DNA of 64,000 nt from the human T2T-CHM13v2.0 reference genome, Homo sapiens (GCF_009914755.1 NC_060932.1), one strand, 5' to 3'. Counted from the first letter of the stretch, positions 16,201-31,573 are shown. The notes: generated by a model from the sequence alone, not told the origin. Made by a program: numbers and translations.

Positions 16201-16752
16201 TAGTGCAGTGGCATGATCATAGCTCTCTACAGCCTTGATCTCCCAGGCTCAAGCAATCCTCCCACCTCAGCCTCCCAAGTAGCCGGGACCACAGCATGTG
16301 CCTCATGCTTGGCTAATTTTTTAAAAACTTTTTGTAGAGACAAGGAGTCTCTATGTTGCCCAGACTTGTCTTGAACTCCTGGACTCAAGCAATCCTCCTG
16401 CCTTGGCCTTGGAAAGTGCTGGGAGTACAGGCATGAGCCACTGCACTTGGCCTATCATCTACTTTTTTTTTTTTTTTTTAAGAGTCTCACTCTGTCACCC
16501 AGGCTGGAGTGCAGTGGTGCGATCTTGGCTCACTTGCAACCTCCACCTCCCAGGTTCAAGTGATTCTCCTGCCTCAGCCTCCTGAGTAGCTGGGACTACA
16601 GGCTCATGCCACCATGCCCAGCTAATTTTTGAATTTTTAGTAGGGATGGGTTTTGCCATGTTGGCCAGGCTGGTCTCTCCTGACTTCAAGTGATCCGCCC
16701 GCCTCGGCCTCCCACAGTGCTGGGATTACAGGCATGAGCCACCATGTCTGGT
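16201..16752 (-). mobile_element. Two tandem antisense Alus (AluJ-like ~16201-16452, AluS-like ~16463-16752)
   Basis: Two reverse-complement Alu bodies. Confidence 0.88.
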
Positions 16753-16924
16753 CTGTATCATCTGTTTTAATTAAACACTACAAAATAGACAACAGTATTT
16801 CAAAGATTCCTACAAACAGTGGATTGAAAACAATAACAATCATGCATGCATGGACAAACAACTGAAAAAAGTTAAACTAATGCTCATTTCATAGGATGAG
16901 CTCTTCCAAAGCTACATTAAAAGA

Positions 16925-17128
16925 TAAAACATGGTAACCAATTAATTCAATAGAACTTACTGTGATGCTGGAAGTGTTCTAGATTGGCACTATCCAACGC
17001 CGATAGTCACTAGGCTTATCTGGTTTCTGAACACTTAAAATATAGCCAAGTGGGCTAAAGTTTTATTTTAAAAATATAATTATTTAAACAGCCACGTAGG
17101 CTAGTGGCTACCACATTGGACAGCACAC
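16925..17128. mobile_element. hAT-Charlie MITE, MER3-like
   Basis: tgtgatgctggaagtgttcta...tagccaag...aaacagccacgtaggctagtggctaccacattggacagcac. Confidence 0.55.
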
Positions 17129-17273
17129 ATCTAGGAGACACAAATAGAGCCAGGCCCTTGGGTTTGAATCCAAATGCTATCACATACAAGCTGTATGACC
17201 TTTGGCTTAACTTTCCTGTGCCTCAAATTCTTTATCATAATACCTACCTCATATGGCTGTTGCTAAAATTAAA

Positions 17274-17572
<299 letters not shown>

Positions 17573-17583
17573 TAAAATTAAAT

Positions 17584-17711
17584 AGTTAATGCATAAAAAG
17601 TACTTAAATATTTCAAGATAAATGGTAAGTTAATGCATAAAAAGTACTTAAATATTGCAAGATAAATGGTAAGTTAATGCATAAAAAGTATTTAAATATT
17701 ACAAGATAAAT
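17584..17711. repeat. 44-bp minisatellite, ~3 copies
   Basis: AGTTAATGCATAAAAAGTACTTAAATATTNCAAGATAAATGGTA at 17584, 17628 and 17672. Confidence 0.92.
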
Positions 17712-17883
17712 CTCCTAGTCAGATTTGAGGAAAAAAAGCAAAAAAAAAATTAAAATAATTTGAAATATGAATTGACAAACTCTTGTTACTAATGAACCTT
17801 GAACTAAGTCTACACTGGGGCTTCATAAATTCAGTACTTAGTATGAAGCTATCACAAACTGCAGGACATTAACAAATAATTTA

Positions 17884-17962
17884 TTAGGTTGGTACAAATG
17901 TATTTGTGGTTTTTGCCATTGAAAGTAATGCAAAAACCACAATTATGTTTGCACCAACCTAA
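17884..17962. mobile_element. MADE1 (Hsmar1-derived mariner MITE)
   Basis: 79-bp palindrome TTAGGTTGGTACAAA...TTTGCACCAACCTAA flanked by a TA TSD. Confidence 0.9.
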
Positions 17963-18019
17963 TACTTCATCTTTATCCTATCCTTTCTGACACTTTTTTT
18001 TTTTTTAATTATTATTTCA

Positions 18020-18963
<944 letters not shown>

Positions 18964-19315
18964 TTACATATACTTTATAACGAACATACTATATTAATAC
19001 ATATATACTTACATATAATAAATATACATACATTAGATATGTACATTCATTTTTTAAAGAAAATAAATGGAATAAAAAACCAAAAATGTTTAGAGATTAC
19101 TGGGCTAAACCAAGTAAAGTGAGTTTGTTTCAGGAAGAAGCAATGCTGAGTGGATTGGCATTCAATTACTGTGGTTAAGTTACACAGATAATAAGTTAAA
19201 AAATTTGCATATGGAACAGCAGTTGCTCGGAAATTTTATAAGGCCACAATATTCTAGTATGATGAACAAAGGAGGTCTCATTAATTATGTGTCATTTTAC
19301 TAAACAGTAAAAAAT

Positions 19316-19320
<5 letters not shown>

Positions 19321-19360
<40 letters not shown>
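19321..19360. repeat. (CA)n microsatellite
   Basis: Read directly. Confidence 0.95.
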
Positions 19361-19363
<3 letters not shown>

Positions 19364-19364
19364 C

Positions 19365-19653
<289 letters not shown>

Positions 19654-19779
19654 CAGTAAGAATACTTTTAAGCCCTGATTTTTAAGTAGTAATAAAATTT
19701 CTAGAATAATATATAATTGTTAAGAAAACCATACTTTGATGATAAAAATAGTCCAAATAGTATGCATATCAGGGTGACA

Positions 19780-20626
<847 letters not shown>

Positions 20627-21644
20627 TTAAAATAAACTGCAGATGGATTCAAGTTGGATGAAGAACGTAAACCTGAAACATAAAATTTTAAGAACATTCC
20701 AAAAAAGTGAATTATTATATAATTGTAGAATGAGGAAGATCTTAGTAACTATGACATAATATGCAAAAGCCATAAAAGATAAAGCATAATTTAAAAAAAA
20801 ACAATTTCTGCAAGTCTGTATTATATGCTACTGCTTGTTTTAAAAAATCTGTACATACTGTAAAAATACATGGAAATATATATATAGACATGTGCTGGAA
20901 AGATATATATAATACTGTCAAAAATTACTGCCTCTGGGAAAGGAGACTGGGAGACTTAGACTGAAACTGCATTGTGTTTAATTATCTATTTCAAAAATGT
21001 GAATAAAATACCTTTTGCGTTGTCTGCTCCCAACCCGAAGCATAAATAATCAAGAGTTCACCATAAAAAGAAGTTCCCTGGAAGAAACATCTAATATAAA
21101 CATCTGATAAAGAAATAATATACATAAGGTTCCTGGTACAATGTCTAGCATACAAGAGGTGCCTGAATTATAATAGCTAGCTATTATTTATCAATGTCTT
21201 CCTATAACACAAGTAATTATTTTGAAATGTGTGCTTTGAATTTTCAAAGTTGGGAATTCTATATATGGTATCACTATACACTCTAAAATATCCTATTTTC
21301 CAAAAATAATTTCAGTTGGACAACATTCAATTAATTGAAACTTTAAATAACTGTCATTTAGGCCCTTCAACATCTGATAATATTCCCTTTGCACTTATAC
21401 TCCAGGCCAACTGCACAGCCTTCTAATTCCTGAATACACCCTTGCTTTCCTACATACCTTTGAAGATACTGTTTCTTCTGCTGAGAGAACTTTACCCCAT
21501 CTCAGCCTACTGAAATCATTCCTCCTAGTGAGGCCAGCTAAAAATCCCACCTATTCACAAAGCTCTCTGCAAACTATGTGGACAGGTTTATTATATATAC
21601 ACACACAAGAAGGTAACACAAAATATAAAAAGCTACAAAGACAG

Positions 21645-22799
21645 AATGATCAACTTAAAAAGTTATTTATTAAACAAGTTAAACACAACTAAAAGTATAT
21701 TTAGAGGTCCAAGATTCAAGTATTTTTGTCAAACTTTCTAATGATAAGGGGAATGATAAAAATTGAACAGATATAAAAAATATTCTTAAACAAATATTAA
21801 AGCACATGGAAAATTCAGAAATAAAAACACACCACCATATAAAGAAATCAAAATATTTCATATGTTTTTAAATGCTTATGGTATGAGAGCCAAATTGTCT
21901 ATTTCCAGGTTAATAAACAATATATAAGCTCACCTTTTTAAAGGTATCATACTTTGTGTCATATAGAAATAATTTTGGAAACAGTATGTGTTGGGTGTGT
22001 AAATTGTCCACATTAAGCAAAACATATTTTACATATGAATATTTTCATTTATACTTACTGGAAAACAAAACAAAAAAACTTATAATTTAAACATCTTGAT
22101 TTGAAAATAATTTTGGATTTGATAGTTCTGCTAAATTCCAACATCGTAACCGCCGAATGTGTTATCAAAAGATAGTTATTCAAAATTTTTTTAAAAAAGA
22201 ATTGCTTCCCCAAATCTCAGTATTTTAGAGCAAAAGGAAAAATAACATATTCTTTGTTCATAAATTCTGATGCTTAGTTTCTACGTTAATACAAAAATGG
22301 TGCAATAAGGAAGAGTACTGTAGAAAAGCCACTGTCTTTTCAGTAGTTCCAAATGGTGTTATACAATATTTCACTGGAGATAGTGGTTGCACCACAGATT
22401 TGGCAGTTGCTTCTGTGTAAATCATAACTTTGCCCCATAACATCCACCAAAGGCTTTCAAACATAATTGACTTTGGCGGTACACATGGAGACCATGATGC
22501 GAACGGGGACTGCCAGTGGATATGAGGGCTTTTATGAAAGGGAGTTTGCTCTGTGTGTGTGTTTTGGGGAGGAAACAGCGGATGAAATAGTTTATCCAGA
22601 ACTACAAAACACATTTTCCTAATTAGATCCCAACTGTATAAATAACATAAATCAAATGCTTAGAACTTAAATGAATTCAGAATTTCTGTAGGAGAGGCGA
22701 ATCCTTTCCCCCCTCCCTTTTATAATTCTTCACAGAGGACAAAGCTTTAGTTACATACATTCTTCTGGACATGAAAGGAAAGGTCTTTTTGTCCCCTTC
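21645..22799 (-). other. TAF2: TAF2 3'UTR (~1.15 kb)
   Basis: Repeat-free AU-rich sequence from the stop codon to just past AATAAA; the 3' end is estimated. Confidence 0.75.
21666..21671 (-). terminator. Polyadenylation signal AATAAA of TAF2
   Basis: tttatt on the + strand; on the minus strand it is followed by a U/GU-rich stretch (TCTGTCTTTGTAGCTTTTTATATTTTGTG); a second AATAAA is at 21587-21592. Confidence 0.7.
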
Positions 22800-23062
22800 T
22801 CAGTCTGAAAGGGAAGGAGAACGAATAGACCTGCCACTGGCAGGGCTGGAGAAAGTGAAAGGCTCCTTGTCCTTTTCTTTACTGTCATGCTTATGCTTGT
22901 GTTTGTGCTTATGTTTATGCTTCTTCTTCTTTTTCTTGTGCTCATGGTGATGGTGGTGATGGTGGTCACTGTGTTTGGAGGCTGTAGATTCCTTAGTAAA
23001 GACTGAGAGTGGAGCGCTTGCCGCTGGATGCATACTCATCTCCAAAGGTGCTTGTTCTTTAC
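22800..23062 (-). CDS. TAF2: TAF2 last coding exon, encoding the His/Lys-rich C-terminal tail, to the TGA stop
   Basis: cttgaag|GTAAAG; ORF 22800..23084 gives GKEQAPLEMSMHPAASAPL...HHHHHHHEHKKKKKKHKHKHKHKHKHDSKEK...SPSLSD*, the recognisable TAF2 C-terminus. Confidence 0.96.
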
Positions 23063-23384
23063 CTTCAAGATTAAAAATACCCAAATGAATTCCTGCTGAT
23101 GATACGGAAAGCCAGACTAAAGAAAGAGGAAGCTGATGACAGTATGTAAAGAGGGATTCCTAAGTTTTTATCACTTCTATCAGGAATGGGAGAAGTATCT
23201 AAATAAGACATGTAATTAGTTACACACAGAGTTTTTCAGCATTGTGGCCAGGAAGTTGAATATATAGTTCCTTATAGTCTATACAAATTTGGCCATATAC
23301 CAGTGTGTTACCAAATCATCTTTTAAAAATTAATATTTTCTAAGTATTATGAAAAAACAATATTACACACGGTGTTATAGGTTA

Positions 23385-23729
<345 letters not shown>

Positions 23730-23790
23730 TCACTCAATTACATAACTCACTCAATTGCTCTAAGGTATGGGGGAGGGGAAGATGACAGTA

Positions 23791-24025
23791 CAGTTGACCC
23801 TTGAACAACATGGGTTTGAACTGCGTGAGCCCATTTATATGTGAACTTTTTTTTTTAACCAAACACAGATTGAAAATACAGATTTGAAGGATGCAAAACC
23901 TGCATATAGATAGAAGAGCTGGTTTTTCATATGGGCTGACTGCAGGACTTGAGTATGCATGGATTTTCGTATACCAGGGAGGGATCTTGGAACTAATCCC
24001 CTCTGCGTATACCAAAGGATGACTC
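23791..24025 (+). mobile_element. Tigger-family MITE, MER8/Tigger2-like
   Basis: TA|CAGTTGACCCTTGAACAACATGGGTTTGAACTGCG ... GGATGACTC|TA. Confidence 0.8.
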
Positions 24026-24829
24026 TATTTTCTTTGTGCCATCTGGAGAACAACTGATATACCCATAAACATGCTATTCTAGCTACTGATAATGGTATCT
24101 CAGTGAAAATCAAACATTTGTATAGCTCCTTAAGACAATTTCTAGGGATAGACAAATGAACTCTAAGAAGATTCAGAATGCACAGCTTAAGAAACCCAGA
24201 AAAGGTGGGGAGTCTATAAAGGGAACATCTGTCTCTCTACACAGATGAGAGTAGTGTCAGTACAAAGAAAGAAACAGAATTAGAAGGCCCATACTCTAGA
24301 CTAGGTTGTCCTGTTAGCCTTTAGCTATACTTCATCTCTCTGGGTCTAGTTCATCATCTAAAAATCTAGATCAAATGTCCTCAAAGGTTCTCTACAGTTT
24401 TAACATTCTATCCGTCTAGGAATCTATAACAGTAGTTCTCCAACTCTAGTGTACAGATTTGCTTTTTCCTCCAGACCCACAGGCCTATAATCCTTGGGCC
24501 ATACTCTGAGAAACAAATCTCTCTCTATATTTATAGGTTAATGGTATTGCTTTACATGCAGCCAACTTAAGCCTAAGATTCATTTCAGATTCCCTCCCTT
24601 CCAGAGATACGTGGTTACCAAATATTGTTGATTCTCATAAATATCTCTTAAATCCGCCCCCCCCCATCCTAATCCTGTCTGCAACTGTATTAATTCAGAC
24701 CACCTCACCTCATCTGGATTATGGGTACTAGTATTATAGATACTAGGTACTAGTCTCCTCCTAGTCACTAAGGTTTCTCTGCCTGAAGTATCTTATGGAT
24801 TAAGTGTCTAATGTATATGTAGTTCACAG

Positions 24830-25026
24830 CAGTGGTTCTCAGAACACCAGGGGTGATTTTGCCCCCAAAGGGTTACTTGGCAATGTTCAGAGACATTTTG
24901 TTACTGACATCCTACGAGTAGAGGCCAGAGATGCTGGCAAACATCTTAAAATGCACAAGACACCCCTATACCCCCAACAACGAATTATGCCTAAAATGTC
25001 AACAGTGTCCAGGCTGGGAAACCCTG
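24830..25026 (+). mobile_element. MER20 (hAT-Charlie)
   Basis: CAGTGGTTCTC...GTAGAGGCCAGAGATGCTGGCAAACATC...GGAAACCCTG. Confidence 0.8.
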
Positions 25027-27149
25027 CTGCATCGTGGTCTTCCTAAACAAAGCTGCTTTTTATCTGCTTAAAAACCCGGTTGGTTCTACTGACAGTACAA
25101 AAGATAAACTCCTTGGACTTCAGTGAAGGAATTTCTGAAAAAATATATTATATATATTAATCCAAACTAGCTAAGAAAAAAGAAAAGGCTTTTCACTAAA
25201 ATAGATTTCAATGTAGTTTCTTTTTTTAAAAAAGTAAATTTCTCATCACTAAGTTTGATCCAAACCAGCCCCCAAATCATGGTTTTCACCAAAACAGACA
25301 TCACCACAGAAGCTTTCTAAAAATTACATTGCAGTACTAATTTTATTTATTGACAGTTCATAATCTGTCCTGAAGTTACCTTTCCAGCCTTCCATTCTTC
25401 CTTTCTATATACTACTCTAGGCTAAACCTTTCATAACACTGTGTATTTCTAAATGCTATTCCCTATGCTTGGGATGTCCTTCTTTCCTTATTTCTTGTCT
25501 AACTGATACACTCATTTAATAAACATCAGAAACTATATTGGGACTGGGGAAAATATTGATAAACTAGACAGATATCAGCCCTCATCCCTCCTAGGAGCTT
25601 ACAGACTAGCAAAGAAGAAATAAATTGAGTAAGTGAACCTGAGTAATAAAAAGGCAAAACATAAAGTGAAACAGGAGCACAACAGGGCACTTAAATTAGT
25701 TGGGGGAAGAGGGGGATTAGAGAAGCAAAGTTCTCCAGGAAAGTAATGGTTAAGCTGCAACCTAAAGGAAGAAATAAGGAAACAAAGAACATCTTAGTTT
25801 CTTCAATAATTTAAAACCTAATTCAAATGTTTCTTTGGACGGTTTTCTTCAAATTTCCCAAAGGAACTGGTTCGTTCATGTTTCCACAGCATAATACAGA
25901 TAAGGGAATTAAGTCAAAGAGAGATTTAAGTAATTTGCCCAAGGTGGTACTGGCAGGTCTGAGGCACAAATCTAAAGAGCCTGACTCCAGAGTCTTACTC
26001 TTAACCACGATGCTACAGTGTTCATCTACCCCAAGATGGACTGCTGTATTTCTTTTGTCTTTGAGTCTCTTCCATTAAACTGATAGCCTCTTGAGGACAG
26101 GAAGTTTGTCTTTTTCGTCTTTGTGTCCCAACATATAGCACAGTATCTATCATCCCCTACCCCGCCCCCTCTAACAAAGCTTGCTAAATGAATGAATGAA
26201 TGACTATAACAGAATTATACAGTTGTGTTTCTTTTTAAATGTCAGGTGAACTTAGTCCAACTAAATATAACTTGAAGGTCACTGATTTTGAGGAGAGAAG
26301 AATAATGCACAAAAACTATTATAGCTCATCCATTCAAGTGGTATTTGACTCCTGTACTTCCTCTTTGTCAGGCACTGCTCCAATATTTTAGAACACGTGA
26401 ACAAATCAAAGTTTCTGTGCTCACTTATTATTCACATTTTAGTATCCCAAAATTCTATTTCTTATATTCATAAACTTTGTAATAAAGCCAACACTAATAC
26501 TCAAGTAAAAGCTAAACATATTATTTATATATACAGACAAGTTTGGAGAACTGTATCTTCTGTAATAACTGGTACCCAGATATTCTTTAAAAGGACAAAA
26601 ATATTGAGATTATCTGATTTAGTTTCAGCCATATATGCTACCATATTTTAATTCAGATTTTAATACATAAATTGCTTGAATATGTTCCTGATTCTATGAA
26701 TATGGGAATAGGCCAATACCTAACAGAATACACAGGCGGGTGATAAGAAGTAATAAGAAGCTTTAAAGTCTCATGAACAAATTCTTTTAGCTTCCATCTC
26801 ATTATTTAATCATTCTATATCAACAGACTTTGCAGCTTTCTTGTTGGCTGTCTGCACTCTTGGGAGCTTGAGGTTCTCTTCTGCATTTCAGAGGAGAAAG
26901 AAGTTTTATCCTTTAATCCTAAACACCTACCAAACTACTTGGATTGCAGAAAGCCAGTCATTATGTTGGAACCTGTACTTCTCAGCACAGGCAACTGCCT
27001 AATGGGCAACTGAGCATTTGTAGGTGTAATCTTTTAAAAGAATACTTACAACCACTTCAAAAGTGAATCCAATTTTTTGTCTAGACAGTAGCCTTACACT
27101 TTGCATTAAAGAAATATTGGTAATAAATCTTGCATTTCTCTTGAGGTAC

Positions 27150-28365
27150 ATGAAGTCTACTAAGAAGACAATGGATTAGTTAGCACCAAGGACAAAGGAG
27201 TTAGAAACCAGGGCTCCTAGGACAAATGGCTAATTCCAGGTCTATGACAGAATATTTACAAGATGAGCTTGAAACACAGGGTCTAACTGCAAGGAAGTTA
27301 AAATCTTGTCAAATGAACTCAGTCCAAAGATGGAACAAATTGAATACTGATAAGGACAATAATTGTGATAGACTGAAAATGACTGCTCACCATTGGAGAT
27401 TGCTAGTCAACAACTCATTACTTTGAAAATTATTAAATACATAGAAAAATTAAGCATTTATCTTTGTTTTCCTATAGACTTATACCACTGGGTAATAGTA
27501 AATGAAGAGAAATTTAGCTTTATAGAAGTAATCCAGCTTACAAATAAAAATGAAAGTATAAATTGAAATATCACTATCTTGCAACTTAATGAATTAAGGA
27601 ATCTAGTTTGAACATCTATAGTGGTTAACCTCAAAAAGAGTCGACCAGACATTGTATGCTTCCAGACTAAAGAACACACACCCTCTGTAAACCTGAATCC
27701 AATTAGAATTCTAGATACAACTACAAATTTACAGAAACTAGAGAACTTAACATGTTAATTACATCATGGGTATAAAATTAATAAAATACAGACTTGAAAA
27801 GTACAGAACAAAACCTAGTTTCTTTAACAAATGTAAAAGAGGAAAAGAAAAGAGGTATGAGTTGGAAACACTAGAATGAAAAGTACAGAACAAAAACCTG
27901 GCTTCTTTAACAAATACATTGTAAGGGAGAAGAAAAGAGGTATGAACTGGAAATGTTAGATTCAAAAAGATACAAAGGCTATATCAGCCAACTGCAATGT
28001 GGACCCTACGTGGACACTGATTTAAACAAATAAATTGTTAAAAATAAAAATAAATAACGGCATTTAGAGTCAACTGAAACTTAAACAGTGACTGGATATT
28101 TAATGACATAAAAGAATTAGTAAGTTTTTTAGGTATAACATTACTGTGGTTATGACTTTTTAATGTGCTACCTTTTACAGATACATACTAAATAATTTAT
28201 GAATAAAATTATATTATATTTGGGATTCACTTCAAAATAATTCAGAAGGGTAGAAATGGGTAAGATTAAATAAGACTGACCATGAACCAATTATTATTGA
28301 AGCTGAGTAACAGATACAGGGGCCTCATTATACTTGTCTGACTACTTTACAGTTCTCTATAATAA
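27150..28365 (+). mobile_element. Ancient L1 (L1MC/ME-type) 3' end remnant
   Basis: tcagccaactgcaatgtggacc, gactggatatttaatgacataaaagaatta and tttgggattcacttcaaaataattcag resemble old L1 3'UTRs. Confidence 0.5.
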
Positions 28366-28374
28366 AGCTTTCAT

Positions 28375-28683
28375 CTTTTTCTTTTTCTTTTTTTTTTTTT
28401 TTGAGACAGAGTCTCACTCTGTCGCCCAGGCTGGAGTACAGTGGCATGATTTTGGCTTACTACAACCTCTGCTTCCCAGGTTCAAGCGAATCTCCTGCCT
28501 CAGCCTCCCGAGTAGCTAGGATTACAGGTGCGTACCACCATGCCCAGCTAATTTTTGTATTTTTAGTAGAAGCAGGATTTCACCATGTTGGCCAGGCTGG
28601 TCTTGAACTCCTGACCTCAAATGATCCCCCACCTTGGCCTCCCAAAGTGCTAGGATTACAGGCGTGAGCCACCGTGCCTGGCC
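28375..28683 (-). mobile_element. Alu (AluS-like), sense to TAF2
   Basis: Reverse Alu; TSD taaagcttt. Confidence 0.9.
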
Positions 28684-31249
28684 TAAAGCTTTTTTTTAAA
28701 GGAGAAATTAAAGCAATCTGGCAATACCATGAAAGTGTTACATGCCTATATTCCTTTAGAAAGTTTTCCAAGAATTTAATCCCATTAATATGCTCATGCA
28801 TATGTGAAAAGACACATACACAAATATGTTAATTGGCAGTAACAGGAGAACAAATCATCTATGCTACCCTATCATCACCAACAACCTTTAGCTCTTAAGT
28901 TTTCACTTATACTATAAACTATAATTGCATACTATATACTATAATTGAATATAAGTATACTATATATATACAGTTGTATATATATAGTATGTTTTATTTA
29001 TTCTCTCTAGAGAATATATGTTTATATATTCTTTTTCTCTCTATATATATGTACGTATGTATGTTTTGCTTATTATCTATCTCTCCTAAATAATGTTTAC
29101 CAGCTCTAATCTAACGTGGTAAGAAAGCATAATTTCCTTATAATCAGATTTGGGACACACAAGTTTACTTTCATAGGAGCATAATGAGGTCATCTATAGA
29201 ACTCTATCAAGACAATACATATATTACCATCCCTTGATACAAACATTTACACAGATAATTTCACATATCCTTTCAGGGATTTACAAGACGTCTGCTAAAT
29301 TGTCCATTCACAGGCACCACTCATCTTTAGGCTAATAAAAGTCCTTTTAGTAAACTGAAATACATGTCACTCTTCTAAACAGCAAATATATCAGAGAAAG
29401 GAGATACATTTAATTCACAATAAAAAAATTTTCCTATTTCATGTTATATGGAAAGAACAAAAGAGATGTTCAGAGTTGTATTGTTCTACTCAATGTAAAC
29501 TCTTTCCTGGAGACCAAACAAAATGCACCATGGATAAGGGTTACCTGCAGTCAAGTTAACAAATGTAAAACAAATAGAAAGAGGTACTTAATGTAAGTCT
29601 AATGTGGAAGGATTTCAGCCCATGTGATGAAAGTGCTGATAAGAAACTGTGAATAACCTGCTAATTCTACTAAATTCATTCACCTTAGGTATATGTTTAA
29701 ATTTAACACAAAACCTGCAGTTTTTATTAGGAAAGGTGTAAGTTCTGTTCTTCAGATTGTTTAGATCACTGTAAAAAAAAAGTAGAATTATATCATTATA
29801 ATTTAAGGATAAAAAAATCAAAGTCTGTTTTTTGTACTGGTTTCAAAAGAAAGACCTCTAGGGCAAGCTCTCAAGCTTTAAAGAAGTTTTTTTTTTTTTT
29901 TTTTTAAATTAAAAAATTTACCAGAATTGTGTTTTTCTGACTTATGCAAGAAGGCATTACATAATACTGCAGCCCTAGCTAGGCAGCTGCAGAAACTCTC
30001 CGCTTCTTTCCCACAAAAACCACTAGGGAATTCCCTTGCTCCTTGTTCCCCTTGCCCGGCCTCTCTTCTCCAGCACTGCAATCCCTACAGTAACCTGGGA
30101 GACAGTCCAGTCACCTCAAGCTCTGCAGTAACAGACAGGGAGCTGCTGTGGTGAGAAGGGAGAGAATATTGTATGTTCATCCCTATCACCGTGGGAACCA
30201 TAAAGGCCATTTCTTTATATCCCCTTCCTTACCTCAGGAAAAGGAAAATAAATAATAAAGTAATGAAGGAAAATACTCTTGCCATTTCTCCCTTCTCATC
30301 CCAATGGCTTAATCTAACACCCACATATGATCCTGCCCTAAAATATTCTACTATCAAATGCAAGGAAAGGGAAAACTGGGGAAGCAAGGTTAAAAAGTAA
30401 ACCATAATGTGTCCTCTACTTAACAGTTTCCATCTCTTCTTTAAACCCATATTCTTTTTCTATCCCTCCTAGACAAGGTCTGTAACACATTCCAGTTCTC
30501 AATTATCATCGGGCTCCTTGGCTCTAAGGGGGCCATCTAGGACTTCATCTCAGCTCATGAATAAAATAAAATAAAAAGCAGAGGCCAGAAACTCAAAAGC
30601 CTTGTCCTGAGGAACAGCATAAATGAGTAAACAGACTACTGGGTGCGGCATAAGAGATCACACGCCTTACTAAAAAGCCTCTCACACTTTTTCAAGAAAA
30701 GCTAGAAATCCAGAATTGCTTTTTTTCTTTGTTTCCTGAATGTCTCTATCAGAGTAAAAGGAAATCCATATTTTTATGTGTAACCTCTTCATTTTTAGTT
30801 ATCTACTTCAAAAACTTTTGTGAGACTTATAAGAAGATGCCTCAGCTTGATGAACTGGATATAGGCCAAAAAACCTCATTTGTGATCTCTAATCTAGAAT
30901 CCCTAGAGACTGAAGAGAGGTCACAGCTTCCCTCACCAGTGCTGTCTCCCTCCTAAACCCGCAACTCTCAACCCCAAGAAAGGTGGCTGCCATGGTAAGA
31001 GATCTTCAGCTTCTGCTGGGAGGCAGGAAGACAAGAAATTCCTTTTTCACTGCCAATTTGACTTGACTTGGGTTAGGCTAAAGTTATGCTTCCCACATGC
31101 CAAAAGTTGGAGCTCTGAGTGAATCTTCTCACAGAAACGTTGATACACACAAGGGCTAGGTTTGATATTTGTATTCCTGATGTATGGTAGGAGTTGTAAA
31201 GCTTTTGTTGGCTAGTTTGGAAAAGTTACTTAACAAATAAAACAATGTC

Positions 31250-31537
31250 GCCAGGCCTGGTGGCTCACGCCTGTGATCCTAGCACTTTGGGAGGCTGAGG
31301 CTGGTGATCACTTGAGGCCAGGAGTTTGAGATGAGCCTGGCCAATATGGTGAAATCCTGTCTCTACTAAAAAAAAAAAAAAAAAAAAAAAATTAGCCGGG
31401 TGTGGTGATGCATGCCTGTAATCCCAGCTACTTAGGAAGCTGAGGTACGAGAATCACTTGAACCCAGGAGGTGGAGGTTGCAGTGAGCCAAGATCGCATC
31501 ACTGCACTCCAGCCTGGATGACAGAGTGAGACTGTCT

Positions 31538-31573
<36 letters not shown>

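Noticed and set aside
17584-17711. Regularly spaced repeats as a CRISPR-like array
   Set aside because: Head-to-tail units with no unique spacers, in a primate genome: an ordinary minisatellite.
22751-22969. Overlapping ORF MTTITTITMSTRKRRRS...
   Set aside because: Shifted reading of the TAF2 His/Lys repeat codons; no independent start context or splice route seen.
26820-27110. Unique-looking intronic stretch with donor-like motifs on the minus strand (TTG|gtaggt, GTT|gtaagt)
   Set aside because: No convincing acceptor and frame-compatible exon could be built from the sequence alone.
27795-27961. Diverged ~82-bp tandem duplication
   Set aside because: It lies inside an ancient L1 3' remnant, with no sign of function.
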